Assembly (NCBI GenBank): GCA_041640035.1
Contig: JBEQBC010000003.1
Span: forward strand, 1-64,000
Length of the DNA stretch: 64,000 nt
Direction of reading: 5' to 3'
Source of the DNA: Candidatus Nanohaloarchaea archaeon
GTDB lineage: Archaea; Nanohalarchaeota; Nanosalinia; Nanosalinales; Nanosalinaceae
A program made the position numbers and the translations under genes. The notes below the pieces were generated by a model, which made no database searches, was not told the DNA's origin, and saw only the letters and a program-made list of their open reading frames with translations. This document shows, one piece after another, positions 49,148-58,700 of the stretch; positions within the stretch are counted from its first letter, which is position 1, and every line of letters begins with the position of its first letter.

Positions 49148-50740
49148 ATGATACAGCAACTGCAACAGTACTTTCTCAATCCACAGAACCTTATCGCAGC
49201 TGCCTCAATCCTTGTACTACTGAGTCTCTACTTACTGAAACCGAAACCGGAGAAAAAGATGATGCCCTCCGTAATGTTCTTCAGAGAGGAAGAAAACCCG
49301 GGCAAACTCAAACAGGGAATAAGAAAACTACTTAACAACAAGTTCCTGTTCCTACACCTACTGGTATTCTCTCTACTTGCTGTAGCGCTGGCCGACCCAT
49401 TCGTTAACTCAAGCATGGAGTCGGAAGAAGCCACAATTCTACTGGACGCAACAGCAAACACGGCAGATAACTTCGAGGACTACAGAGAATACGCAGAGAG
49501 CAACCTAGCTCCTACCACAAACCTGGTGGTTGTAGGCGACCAGATTGAAACATACACGGATCTGGAGAGATCAACTGCCTCACAGATAATTCAGGAAACA
49601 AGTTCAACTGAAATAAAAAGAGACATACAGCCTGTGATATCAGCAGCAACCAGCTTGGACGGAAACCTGTACATGGCAACCAACATGGCCTCTATAGAGA
49701 GCAGCGAAGCAGAAAGAACGATCACTTCAGCATCAAGCCAGAAATACCTTGATCTCAAAGAAACAGAGTTCTCAAACAGTCACGGAATCACCGATTACGA
49801 AATAAATAATCAGACAGCGACGATCTATGTAAAGAACTACCTTGAAGAACAGTCAGAAATAACTATACAGACAAATTCAGATAATAGAAAAATCGAACTG
49901 GAAGCTTCGGGTCTTGAACCGGTTCAGGTCCAGCTTCAGAGAGGAAGAAACAATATTACACTTGGTGAAGATGAATACGAAGTCGATAACTCGTTGTACC
50001 TCTACAGACCGCAGTCAGACTCCATCCGGGTTAGAATCTCGGATAATTTACCGTACTTCAGGGAGGCGGTGAAATCCATTCCGGAAGCGAGGATAAGCGG
50101 CTCCGAACCCGATATTGAAGCAGTTTCTGGTTCGGATATTACTGATATATCCAGAGAGGAGATAGAGAATGGTCTTGATGTAATTTACTTTTCAGAAACA
50201 GGAGTGAACTATCCAGATTATCTTCCGGTAACCTCTCTCTCAGAGGAAAACGGTGATATCGATATAAACAGGTTTGCTGAGACTACAGTTTACCAGGAGA
50301 AATACCTTTCTGGAAACATTGCTCAGGATTCTGGAAACTATACAGAACCTGCTTCAGCCATAGTAGGCAGAGAGATAGGGCAGGGGACAGTTGTGCAGTA
50401 TAACCTTCAGGGAACCGGTTTTGAGGAACAACTTGTATACCCTTTATTCTGGAGAGATGTTTTCAACCAGGTGCAGAATATTAGAACGATCTCAAGTTCA
50501 AATCCGGATACAGGATCAGCCCAACTTCAGGAGACAAAGACAGTTCAGGGATACGAGAGTATCGATGGAGATGTTTACGGTTTTTCAACTGCTGGTGTTT
50601 TCGAACCAAAAAGTATAGATATTAAGGAGGGAGATAAAATCGGTCAGAAGAAACAGTCGGTTTCACAGATGGTAGCATCGCTCATATTTGTGCTTCTAAT
50701 CCTGGAAACCGTACTGCTTTACAGAGAGAGGTTGATCTGA
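49148..50740 (+). CDS. BatA-N-domain membrane protein with a degenerate vWA domain
   Basis: LYLLKPKP...PSVMF...LLAVALADP; C-terminal TM helix. Confidence 0.75.
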   Translation: MIQQLQQYFLNPQNLIAAASILVLLSLYLLKPKPEKKMMPSVMFFREEENPGKLKQGIRKLLNNKFLFLHLLVFSLLAVALADPFVNSSMESEEATILLDATANTADNFEDYREYAESNLAPTTNLVVVGDQIETYTDLERSTASQIIQETSSTEIKRDIQPVISAATSLDGNLYMATNMASIESSEAERTITSASSQKYLDLKETEFSNSHGITDYEINNQTATIYVKNYLEEQSEITIQTNSDNRKIELEASGLEPVQVQLQRGRNNITLGEDEYEVDNSLYLYRPQSDSIRVRISDNLPYFREAVKSIPEARISGSEPDIEAVSGSDITDISREEIENGLDVIYFSETGVNYPDYLPVTSLSEENGDIDINRFAETTVYQEKYLSGNIAQDSGNYTEPASAIVGREIGQGTVVQYNLQGTGFEEQLVYPLFWRDVFNQVQNIRTISSSNPDTGSAQLQETKTVQGYESIDGDVYGFSTAGVFEPKSIDIKEGDKIGQKKQSVSQMVASLIFVLLILETVLLYRERLI

Positions 50741-52902
50741 TGATTGACGCACTGAGCTTCCAGAGACCGCTTGCATTACTGGTCCTAATTCCGCTCGTAT
50801 CCATGATGGTGTACAGGTTCAGAGAGGAAGCTGGAAGCAACTTCCTGCAGATAACCCGTCTGATGGTGATGGCAGTAGCTGTAATGGCGATAGCAAATCC
50901 CTCAGTTATAATTCCTGAGGTCTCAGGTCAAAAAACAGTTACATTACTACAAGATCAGTCGGACTCCTCCCAGATAATTCAGAGACAGCCATTAGATGTA
51001 CCTGGAGTCGAAATCAGAGAAAGAGAGTTCTCAGGTAGTACGCCTCAACAAACCACTAAAGCACTGATTTCTACCATGGAAGAGGATACAAATTATCTGA
51101 TATCATCGGATTTCCAGCTTGCTAAACAGAAGCTGAGCGATGAGCTAGAGGAGAAAAATGTAACTCTCTACGCACTTAAACAGGATACGAAAAAAGAGTA
51201 TGCGGTCAGCATTGAAGGACCAGATGAAACATACTTGGAAGCTGAGAACAGATATCAGGTAGAAATTGATACTTCTACAGCGGATAAGCCTTTACCAGAT
51301 GTAACAGTGGAAGGGAATCGAGTATCTCTAACGGAAAATGAGGAAGGATACAGCTTCAACTACACATTTGACTCAGAAGGTACCAAGAAGATTAAAGCAG
51401 AAATAAGCAATGATGATCAGTACAACAAGAACAACAGGTTTTACCATGTAGTTGATGTGAGGGATAAGCCGGACATCCTCTATGTAGGGGAAAGAGTTCA
51501 GGGATCTCACAATAGCTTACTGGATCAAAGCTTTTCTCAAGAGGCGCCAGATTCTCTGGAGAACTATGACACGGTAGTCACCAACTCTGAAGTTCCATCC
51601 CGGCTAAAATCGGAGATAATCTCAGGGCAGTCAGTTCTTCACACTGGACCGCTGAAAGAAAGAGAATACCTCCCACTCAAACCGGCTGAACAAGGACAGA
51701 GCGATGAATCTACCTTTGATATGGCCAGAGTAGTGATAGTGATAGATATCTCGGTAAGCAACACAGAGGATATAAGAAATAACAAAGCAATCGCCCTCAA
51801 CGCAGTTGACGGCCTATCAGCAAGTTCACAGGTGGCTGTAGTAGCTTATAACGATAATCCTTATCTTCTGTCTGAACTGAGATCTCTTCAGAACAATAGA
51901 GAAGAACTGAAGAACACTATCAAATCTATAGAGACAAAAGGACCGACCGATCATGCTGTAGGACTGAAAGCAGGAGATGACGCCTTAAACGGTCAAGGAA
52001 ACATGATAATGATTACTGATGGAGGTCTGAAAACCGACGCTCCCGGAGTTGAGAATGTGAAAGAAAGAACGCTGAGAAAAGCAGCTAACTCGTCTCTCAG
52101 GATTAATGTTGTGGATTCCAAGCCTTCCGTCAACCCTGAGTTCCTCCAAGAGGTAGCACAGCTGACAGACGGTATCTACTCCTCTACCGGTACTGAAGGA
52201 CCTCTCTCATTCGTATTTGATTCTCAGGAAGCATCCGGTAGAAACATGATTACAACAGTTGATAGAACTCATCCTGTAACCCGGCAGTATAGTTCAACTG
52301 TTTTCAGAGATATTCCGGGGGCTGAGGAAAAGGAGGGTGCTCAAACACTTATGAGATCTGAGCAGGGAACGCCTTACCTGTCCGTCTGGCGATACGGCAT
52401 CGGAAAAGTCGCAGCGATTAACGACCAGCAAATATCTCTGTCCTCTCTCACCTCACAGGACCCACAGATTGTTTTGAACACTCTCCAGTGGCTTTCTTCA
52501 GGAGGGGAAGACAATAAGACTGTTTTCGAGGGCACAAGGATGCCTGAGTCTACATATGTCAGTAGCAGCGGTTCCTTTGAAGGAGCTAATAGGCTTTCCC
52601 GCAACCGTTATGTGAAAACATTTGATTTCAACCAGACAGGATTCAAGAATGTAGCTGGGTCGGTAACACCATACAACTATCCTCTTGAAAAACAGAAGAT
52701 AGGTTACAGTGACGACATGAACGAAGTAGTCTCAGATACAGGTGGCGAGGTACTGGAAGAGGTAAGAAATGGACAAATTGATCAGATAGCAAACCAGGGT
52801 ACATCTAAAGACGCGTTATCACTGGAGAATCATCTGCTTGCGATACTTCTCGTCCTCCTCTTGATAGAGATTGGATTTAGGAAGAGAAAACGGATGATGT
52901 AA
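50740..52902 (+). CDS. vWA-domain membrane protein
   Basis: N-terminal TMs, MIDAS IDISVS..T..ITDG, WRYGIGKVAA, C-terminal TM + RKRKR. Confidence 0.8.
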   Translation: MIDALSFQRPLALLVLIPLVSMMVYRFREEAGSNFLQITRLMVMAVAVMAIANPSVIIPEVSGQKTVTLLQDQSDSSQIIQRQPLDVPGVEIREREFSGSTPQQTTKALISTMEEDTNYLISSDFQLAKQKLSDELEEKNVTLYALKQDTKKEYAVSIEGPDETYLEAENRYQVEIDTSTADKPLPDVTVEGNRVSLTENEEGYSFNYTFDSEGTKKIKAEISNDDQYNKNNRFYHVVDVRDKPDILYVGERVQGSHNSLLDQSFSQEAPDSLENYDTVVTNSEVPSRLKSEIISGQSVLHTGPLKEREYLPLKPAEQGQSDESTFDMARVVIVIDISVSNTEDIRNNKAIALNAVDGLSASSQVAVVAYNDNPYLLSELRSLQNNREELKNTIKSIETKGPTDHAVGLKAGDDALNGQGNMIMITDGGLKTDAPGVENVKERTLRKAANSSLRINVVDSKPSVNPEFLQEVAQLTDGIYSSTGTEGPLSFVFDSQEASGRNMITTVDRTHPVTRQYSSTVFRDIPGAEEKEGAQTLMRSEQGTPYLSVWRYGIGKVAAINDQQISLSSLTSQDPQIVLNTLQWLSSGGEDNKTVFEGTRMPESTYVSSSGSFEGANRLSRNRYVKTFDFNQTGFKNVAGSVTPYNYPLEKQKIGYSDDMNEVVSDTGGEVLEEVRNGQIDQIANQGTSKDALSLENHLLAILLVLLLIEIGFRKRKRMM

Positions 52903-52959
52903 ACAGATTTTGACATATGTACTACTAGTTTTATACGACGCCCTGACTAACTCAGATAT

Positions 52960-53577
52960 ATGTCCAAAGTTCAGGAAAGCTTCTACGAACTAGCTCCCTA
53001 TCTACTAGATATCACGGTAGATAGTGACGGGAAAAGGATGTATGAAGGGAGAAGATTCGTTTATTTCCGTACAGGGCTCTTTTCTGAACTTTTCAAAAGT
53101 ATGAAGGATGTAATAGGACCTGTCGCTAACAGAAAGATAAAGGAGTTTGGAGTAAACGCCGGTGAAGATATCGCAACAGGTATGGATGAGGCTTTCAAGG
53201 ACACAGGTCCAATTGAAATAGCGCAGTTGATGCTAGCAACCGGTTTTGACTACAAAAACATCTTGAACATCAAGCCTACAGATGATCTCTCACAGCTCCA
53301 CAAGATCTTTGGATATGGCCGTTATGTCGGCTGGATTGGACCTGTAGAGATACTAGAGTACGAGGAAGAACAAAAGATTGTTGTCGAAGTTAAGAATACT
53401 TTCGAATCCTACAGCTACGATATAACAGAAGAAAAACAGTGCAAATTCATAACAGGAGTGTTTGAAGGTCTCGTCAAATATTACTGGGAAGCAGAAAACC
53501 TTGAATCAGGGGAAATACAGTGTAAATGCGAATCAGAGGACAACCAGACCTGTCAGATGAAGGTGACGGCGGAATGA
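52960..53577 (+). CDS. V4R-domain protein
   Basis: G..AG, YGRYVGWIG, C.FITG.FEG, EIQC......C. Confidence 0.75.
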   Translation: MSKVQESFYELAPYLLDITVDSDGKRMYEGRRFVYFRTGLFSELFKSMKDVIGPVANRKIKEFGVNAGEDIATGMDEAFKDTGPIEIAQLMLATGFDYKNILNIKPTDDLSQLHKIFGYGRYVGWIGPVEILEYEEEQKIVVEVKNTFESYSYDITEEKQCKFITGVFEGLVKYYWEAENLESGEIQCKCESEDNQTCQMKVTAE

Positions 53578-54110
53578 AGTTTGACACAGATGAGATAAAC
53601 AACAGAATATCAGAAAGATTCAACATGCTGAATAAGAACCACGATGTGGCAGCCGATGAAAACGGCGATGCTATGATAGGTGCCCACAGGTTCAATATAA
53701 TGGGAGCTGACTACTTCATGGCAGATATGCTTCATGACCTGAAAGAAATCTATGGAGATGGAGCTGGAGCCATTATGAAGAGTACAGGACAGAGCTACGG
53801 CAAAAACATTCACGGCGTACTTGATGGCGCAGATGATGCATCAGAAGCACTAGGGTACGATCTTGGGCTTCTAAAATACCTTGGTTACTCGAACATCTCT
53901 ATAGAAGACGATAAAATAATTGTTGCATCCTCGCCAACAGCTGAATCATACAAAAGAAAGTATGATGAAGAGGTCAAGACTTGTTTCTTTCTCTCAGGTG
54001 TTTTTCAGTCTCTGATACAGGCGCATAACGAAGATGCATCAGTTCAAGAAGTGAAATGTCTTGCTGATGGAGCTGAAAAGTGCATATTCAGGGTAGAAAC
54101 CGGTCAGTAA
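53574..54110 (+). CDS. V4R-domain protein
   Basis: G..YG, LGY, C.FLSG, EVKCLADGAEKCIF; ATGA overlap with the previous gene. Confidence 0.8.
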   Translation: MKFDTDEINNRISERFNMLNKNHDVAADENGDAMIGAHRFNIMGADYFMADMLHDLKEIYGDGAGAIMKSTGQSYGKNIHGVLDGADDASEALGYDLGLLKYLGYSNISIEDDKIIVASSPTAESYKRKYDEEVKTCFFLSGVFQSLIQAHNEDASVQEVKCLADGAEKCIFRVETGQ

Positions 54111-54183
54111 TACCGTGGTTAAGCTATAAAAGCCGGTAAAGCCCAATACGAACTATAACCCAAAAAGGTGTAACAAATACTCA

Positions 54184-54858
54184 ATGAGTTTCTTTGACAA
54201 TATAAGAGGATCAGTGGAAAAAATAAAGCCAGGCTCCGACTCCAGCAGCGGTAGTAGTGGGGGAAGCGGTTCTGGAGGCTTCGAAGGTTCAGACTTCGAT
54301 TCATCATTCGACGGCGGAGACTCAGGTGGCGACGCAGGAAACTCGTTTGATTCTGACCTAGGAGGAAACTCAGGAGGTCAAGGACCTGATCCTATGGGAG
54401 GACAGGGACAGCAGCCTTCAGGTAACGGGCCAGGTCAGCAAGCCCCACAGGGCGGTCAAAACGACGCCATGGGTGGACAAAGTCCACAGCAGGGTCCTTC
54501 ACAGCCTGGAAATAACAATAATATGGGCGGTAGAGGAGGACAGCAACAAGGTAATCAGAATACGCCTTCTGGAATGAAATCAGGTAACCAAGGTCAGGGA
54601 TTAAATGCTGGCAATGATCAGCAGAACTCTCTGGGCCAGAACAACCAGTCCGGAAGTTCGATTGATGCACCTAATCCTCAGGCAGGCAGACCTCAGCAGG
54701 GAGGAGATTCACCGCAGGTCAGTCAGCAGACCGAGCAGAAGATGCAGAATGCGTTAGGCGGCGGTTCAGGCGGTGATTCCGGTGATATGGAGGAGTTGAA
54801 GCAGCAGAATCAGCAGATTATCCAGTTGCTTCAGCAGATTTCCAACCAGCTTCAATAA
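54184..54858 (+). CDS. G/Q/N/S-rich disordered protein with terminal helices
   Basis: Amphipathic MSFFDNIRGSVEKIK, about 170 aa of low complexity, C-terminal MEELKQQNQQIIQLLQQISNQLQ. Confidence 0.75.
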   Translation: MSFFDNIRGSVEKIKPGSDSSSGSSGGSGSGGFEGSDFDSSFDGGDSGGDAGNSFDSDLGGNSGGQGPDPMGGQGQQPSGNGPGQQAPQGGQNDAMGGQSPQQGPSQPGNNNNMGGRGGQQQGNQNTPSGMKSGNQGQGLNAGNDQQNSLGQNNQSGSSIDAPNPQAGRPQQGGDSPQVSQQTEQKMQNALGGGSGGDSGDMEELKQQNQQIIQLLQQISNQLQ

Positions 54859-54875
54859 ACTTCTTTTTTCCCTCA

Positions 54876-55199
54876 TTAATTCATTATTGTTGATACACTC
54901 CAGATGCCTTTTATGACAAGTATGTAGGCCAGGTATATCTTGAAGTCGGCCAGTATCGGCGGTGTTCCTATGTAAAGTATTCCTGCTGACATTATGTCTG
55001 CTCCGCCACCTAGATAGTAGACAGGGGCTGGCAGAGGAAACGGTTTCACCATGGTTCCGATTCCCTTGAATATAAGGAATGCAGCATGAACTTCTGATAT
55101 TACATCGGGTACTGCCGAGGCCGTGAATAATAGAAGTATTCCGGATATAAGGTCTGCGAGGCCTAGTGGGTCTAGAGGATTTACTGGTCCGGGAATCAT
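54876..55199 (-). CDS. Small membrane protein
   Basis: Two related halves (D...G.LL ... KG), about 4 TM helices. Confidence 0.7.
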   Translation of the reverse strand: MIPGPVNPLDPLGLADLISGILLLFTASAVPDVISEVHAAFLIFKGIGTMVKPFPLPAPVYYLGGGADIMSAGILYIGTPPILADFKIYLAYILVIKGIWSVSTIMN

Positions 55200-55227
55200 T
55201 CCAAGATTTGATTTGAACCTGAGTTAT

Positions 55228-55692
55228 TTATTCCAGTTCCACTACTTTGTCAGCTGCATTTCTCAGGGCTGTTGAGAATCCTGGCTCCATACCGATAATC
55301 ACAGTTTCCTTCCCATGCTCCTTCGCCTTCTGTATAACTGGAAGAAAGTCTGTGTCTCTGGTTACAAGTACAATTATATCGATATCGTCGTTGAAAACTG
55401 CTTCCATGGCGTTTACTGCCATGTATACATCTACATCGCTTTCCTTGTCTTTCTCTCCGCCCAGACCGAGATCTGCTTCGAATCCCTGTGAAATGATGGC
55501 TTCAATTAGCTTATCGGATGCGTACTGGTTGAGAAATACTTTTCCTATCTTTATCTCTCCAAATTCTGATATCTCTTCTCTCAGGTTATCTAGATCTAGG
55601 TCGAACTCTCTTCTAACGACATTAGGACCGTCTACGAATGCTGCTACATTCGGCTCATTTGAGATTCCTTCTTTTATCCTGTTGAAAACCAT
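55228..55692 (-). CDS. NYN-domain protein (TIGR00288-like)
   Basis: FVDGPN, LNQYASDKLIEA, DVDV, TRDTDFLP, GFS.AL...AD. Confidence 0.9.
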   Translation of the reverse strand: MVFNRIKEGISNEPNVAAFVDGPNVVRREFDLDLDNLREEISEFGEIKIGKVFLNQYASDKLIEAIISQGFEADLGLGGEKDKESDVDVYMAVNAMEAVFNDDIDIIVLVTRDTDFLPVIQKAKEHGKETVIIGMEPGFSTALRNAADKVVELE

Positions 55693-55757
55693 AGATCTCT
55701 TCCACTTACTCCTATCTAAATAATTTGGACGATGCCTTGAAATAATGTAGGTCCCGG

Positions 55758-56510
55758 TCACCGCTCAAGGTCAAAAAGTTCACGGCAGTTCCTCGTCGTA
55801 ACCTCCTTAACCTTTGAAACCGGCACATTCTTGATCTCTGCTACTTCTTCCGCGACTTCATCCACGGTTATAGGAGTGTTTCGTTCTCCCTGCTTCAGAA
55901 ACGGTGAATCGGTCTCAAGAACAAGATTTTCCAGAGGAACAGTCTCAACAATACTTTGAACTCTGCTGGAGTAAACCACTTGATAGGTCACTCCGACAAC
56001 CATGTCATCCTCAACAGCTTCTTCAACCTGAGAAACACTTCCGTTGAAACAGTGCAGGTAGCAGTCAATATCTCTACCTTTCAGCACTTCCAGAACTTGC
56101 TTTTCGGCGTTTCTGCTGTGAACAACGACCGGAAGATTAAGCTCCTCAGCAGTTTCCACCATTTCGATGAAAACCTTTTCTTGCTTCTCACGCATCTCTT
56201 CTTCCTCTACATGGTGGTAGTCCATTCCTATTTCACCGACGGCCCAGAAATTGTGCTTCTCTAACTGTTTCTTGACTTCTTCGACCTGGTCAAAAGCATC
56301 GGTATGAGTTGGATGTATTCCTGCAGTAGCATAGATAAAATCAGAATGATTTCCCTGTAGTGAAAGCGATTCCTGGTTTGTTTCTGGATCTCTTCCGGAG
56401 TTAACAACGAGTTCAAGTTCTTCACTGCATTTTTCGATGACTTCTTCTCTGTCTTCGTCGAAACTGTCGTAGTCTAGGTGGCAGTGGGCGTCCGCAGCCT
56501 TTTCGTTCAT
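55758..56510 (-). CDS. tatD: TatD-family hydrolase
   Basis: DAHCH, GIHP, GEIGMDY, VHSR, HCF, LETDSP. Confidence 0.93.
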   Translation of the reverse strand: MNEKAADAHCHLDYDSFDEDREEVIEKCSEELELVVNSGRDPETNQESLSLQGNHSDFIYATAGIHPTHTDAFDQVEEVKKQLEKHNFWAVGEIGMDYHHVEEEEMREKQEKVFIEMVETAEELNLPVVVHSRNAEKQVLEVLKGRDIDCYLHCFNGSVSQVEEAVEDDMVVGVTYQVVYSSRVQSIVETVPLENLVLETDSPFLKQGERNTPITVDEVAEEVAEIKNVPVSKVKEVTTRNCRELFDLER

Positions 56511-57091
56511 CTTTTCTCCCTGTCCAGTCTTGCCTCGGTAGCTCCTTTCTGACCCATGTATTTGGAATCTTTTTTCTCTCCGTAAGGGTTCTCCGCTTCA
56601 CTTGTCATGGTTTCGATTGCCATTTGGCAGATACGGTCTTCAGGGTATATCGTGATAGGTACATTTCCAAGGTTCTGGATCTCCAGTGTTATCTGGCCTC
56701 TGAAACCGGCGTCGACGAATCCTCCGGCTGCGTGAGGGATTAATCCCATTCTTGCGTAGCTGCTTCGTCCTTCAATCCTTGCTACAAGGTCGTTCGGTAT
56801 GTTCACAGTTTCCAGGGTTGTTCCCAGAACAAATTCTCCTGGATGTACCACGATCCCTTCTTCTGGTGTTGCCTTCATATTTTCCTGCAGGTTGCTGTAC
56901 TGGTCCATGTCTTTAGTATCGAGTGCCTGCACTTTTCGGGTTCTCAGAAGCCCGAACTCGTATCCTAGTCTGAGATCTATGGAAGAAGGACCAATCTGTA
57001 GGTCCTGATCTATTTCTGGTCCCTCGTCTACATATACCGCGTTTTCCTCCTCTATCACTTTTTTCAGATCCTTGTCTGAAAGTATAGCCAT
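56507..57091 (-). CDS. dcd: dCTP deaminase
   Basis: PSSIDLRL, EGRSS.ARMG, VDAGFRGQITLE, Y......KY.GQ. Confidence 0.94.
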   Translation of the reverse strand: MAILSDKDLKKVIEEENAVYVDEGPEIDQDLQIGPSSIDLRLGYEFGLLRTRKVQALDTKDMDQYSNLQENMKATPEEGIVVHPGEFVLGTTLETVNIPNDLVARIEGRSSYARMGLIPHAAGGFVDAGFRGQITLEIQNLGNVPITIYPEDRICQMAIETMTSEAENPYGEKKDSKYMGQKGATEARLDREKR

Positions 57092-57153
57092 ATACAGAAT
57101 ACCTGTTCGTCGAAGTTTTTAATCTTCACAACCCATTTATTCAGTAAAGTTTC

Positions 57154-58650
57154 ATGAAAACCAAAATCTTACTTCTACTCAGTATACTGATGTTGCCTGC
57201 TGTGGCAGCACAGGTAAGCTATGATATAGAAACAGAGCCTGATAACGCAAATATATCGGTAGAGGTGGTGTTGGACTGTGCTAGATTTAGATGTCCGGAA
57301 CTTCAATGGGCAAAATCCTCTCACCACCAACTAGTTAATGTAACTGACGCAGAAGGTATTATTGAAGATTATGAAGTAACTGATGAATATGTAGTAGTTG
57401 ATGCTGGTTCTCCGATAAGAGGCCAAGAAAAGGTACTCAAATTGAACTTTCGGACGGATAAAGATGCTGAAGAAATATATAATGGTCTACATAGAAGAAT
57501 AATATCTCTCTCAGGTTTTTCGAATGAGTCTATGCAAGGTAAAGTATACAGCGAAAATCTGGTATCTGGAGATATAGGCTATGGTTTTGAATCATCCTAT
57601 GAGGACAGCAATTTTAATTTCACTGGCAAGGGACAAGTTAATATCTATCTAAACTTCGGTTCGGGCCAGGAAACCGATCACTATATTTTCTTCGGTGAAG
57701 ATCCCGGATTTGATACTGAAGAGGTATACGAAATCTCGGTCGGAACTACAGGGCTTGTGCAGAGATATGAGAAGATACCTGTAGCTATCATGCCTTCAGA
57801 AAGGTATAACCGGACACAAACCAAGTGGAGTGCGGGGGAATACAGTTCTGGCTCAATCAGGCTCCGTGACACTGATGAAAGTTCTCTGAAGGCAACACTT
57901 GGCCGTGAAACCGTTCATGCCTTGAATGATGACTTACTTGACTGGGATGCAACTTCCTCCTCCTACATGGACGAAGGAACTTCCGAATTTGTGGGTTACC
58001 TTTTTGAGAGAAGGCAGGTTCCGGTTGATGAGAGAGATGGGAGCGTGAGGCAGCTTTTTGGCGAACCAGTGACTTTTGATGAGGATCCTACTGATAGGCA
58101 TTATACCAAGATTTCTTCTAGAGGCAATATAGAGGAATTATGGAACTACTATCAGAATGATTTAGATTATATGAAAACTTGGTCTCCGACTGATCAAGAA
58201 CACAGAAGTTTTGGCTACGCCTACTCACAGCTTATAGTCAGGCATAACTTGATTGAAAAGAATATTACTTTGCAGCAACTGTATGATTATCTTGAAGTGG
58301 ATAGGGAGATCGAAAGCTCCGAGAAAAAATGGCAGGCTCTCTCAGAAAATCTGGATTTGACGCCGTGCAATTCTGAGAGCCGTGAAGAGTTCGATCAGTG
58401 TCTTGAGGAAGCGAACGACCATTCTAACTTTGAATCATTCAGAGCCGAACCTAACAGAGACCGTGGTAACCTGATAATCAATGAAACTGAGACGCCAGAG
58501 TACGACGAGAACAAGTTAAATTATGGCTCAGACAACAGGACGGTTACCGATGGTGTATCCGGCAGAGAATCCTTCGGCTCTTTCGTTAAAAGCATTCTGG
58601 ACTTCACTACAGATCTGATAAATTCGCTGCTTCTCAATATCGGTAAGTGA
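57154..58650 (+). CDS. Secreted gluzincin-like protein with a variant zinc motif (RETVH...DEG)
   Basis: Sec signal peptide; AGEY..G.I; LGRETVHA; YMDEGTSEF; GYAYS. Confidence 0.6.
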   Translation: MKTKILLLLSILMLPAVAAQVSYDIETEPDNANISVEVVLDCARFRCPELQWAKSSHHQLVNVTDAEGIIEDYEVTDEYVVVDAGSPIRGQEKVLKLNFRTDKDAEEIYNGLHRRIISLSGFSNESMQGKVYSENLVSGDIGYGFESSYEDSNFNFTGKGQVNIYLNFGSGQETDHYIFFGEDPGFDTEEVYEISVGTTGLVQRYEKIPVAIMPSERYNRTQTKWSAGEYSSGSIRLRDTDESSLKATLGRETVHALNDDLLDWDATSSSYMDEGTSEFVGYLFERRQVPVDERDGSVRQLFGEPVTFDEDPTDRHYTKISSRGNIEELWNYYQNDLDYMKTWSPTDQEHRSFGYAYSQLIVRHNLIEKNITLQQLYDYLEVDREIESSEKKWQALSENLDLTPCNSESREEFDQCLEEANDHSNFESFRAEPNRDRGNLIINETETPEYDENKLNYGSDNRTVTDGVSGRESFGSFVKSILDFTTDLINSLLLNIGK

Positions 58651-58700
58651 AAGGCTATGTTTTGGAATCCTGTTAAATACCTGGAGTATCCAAGATTTGA

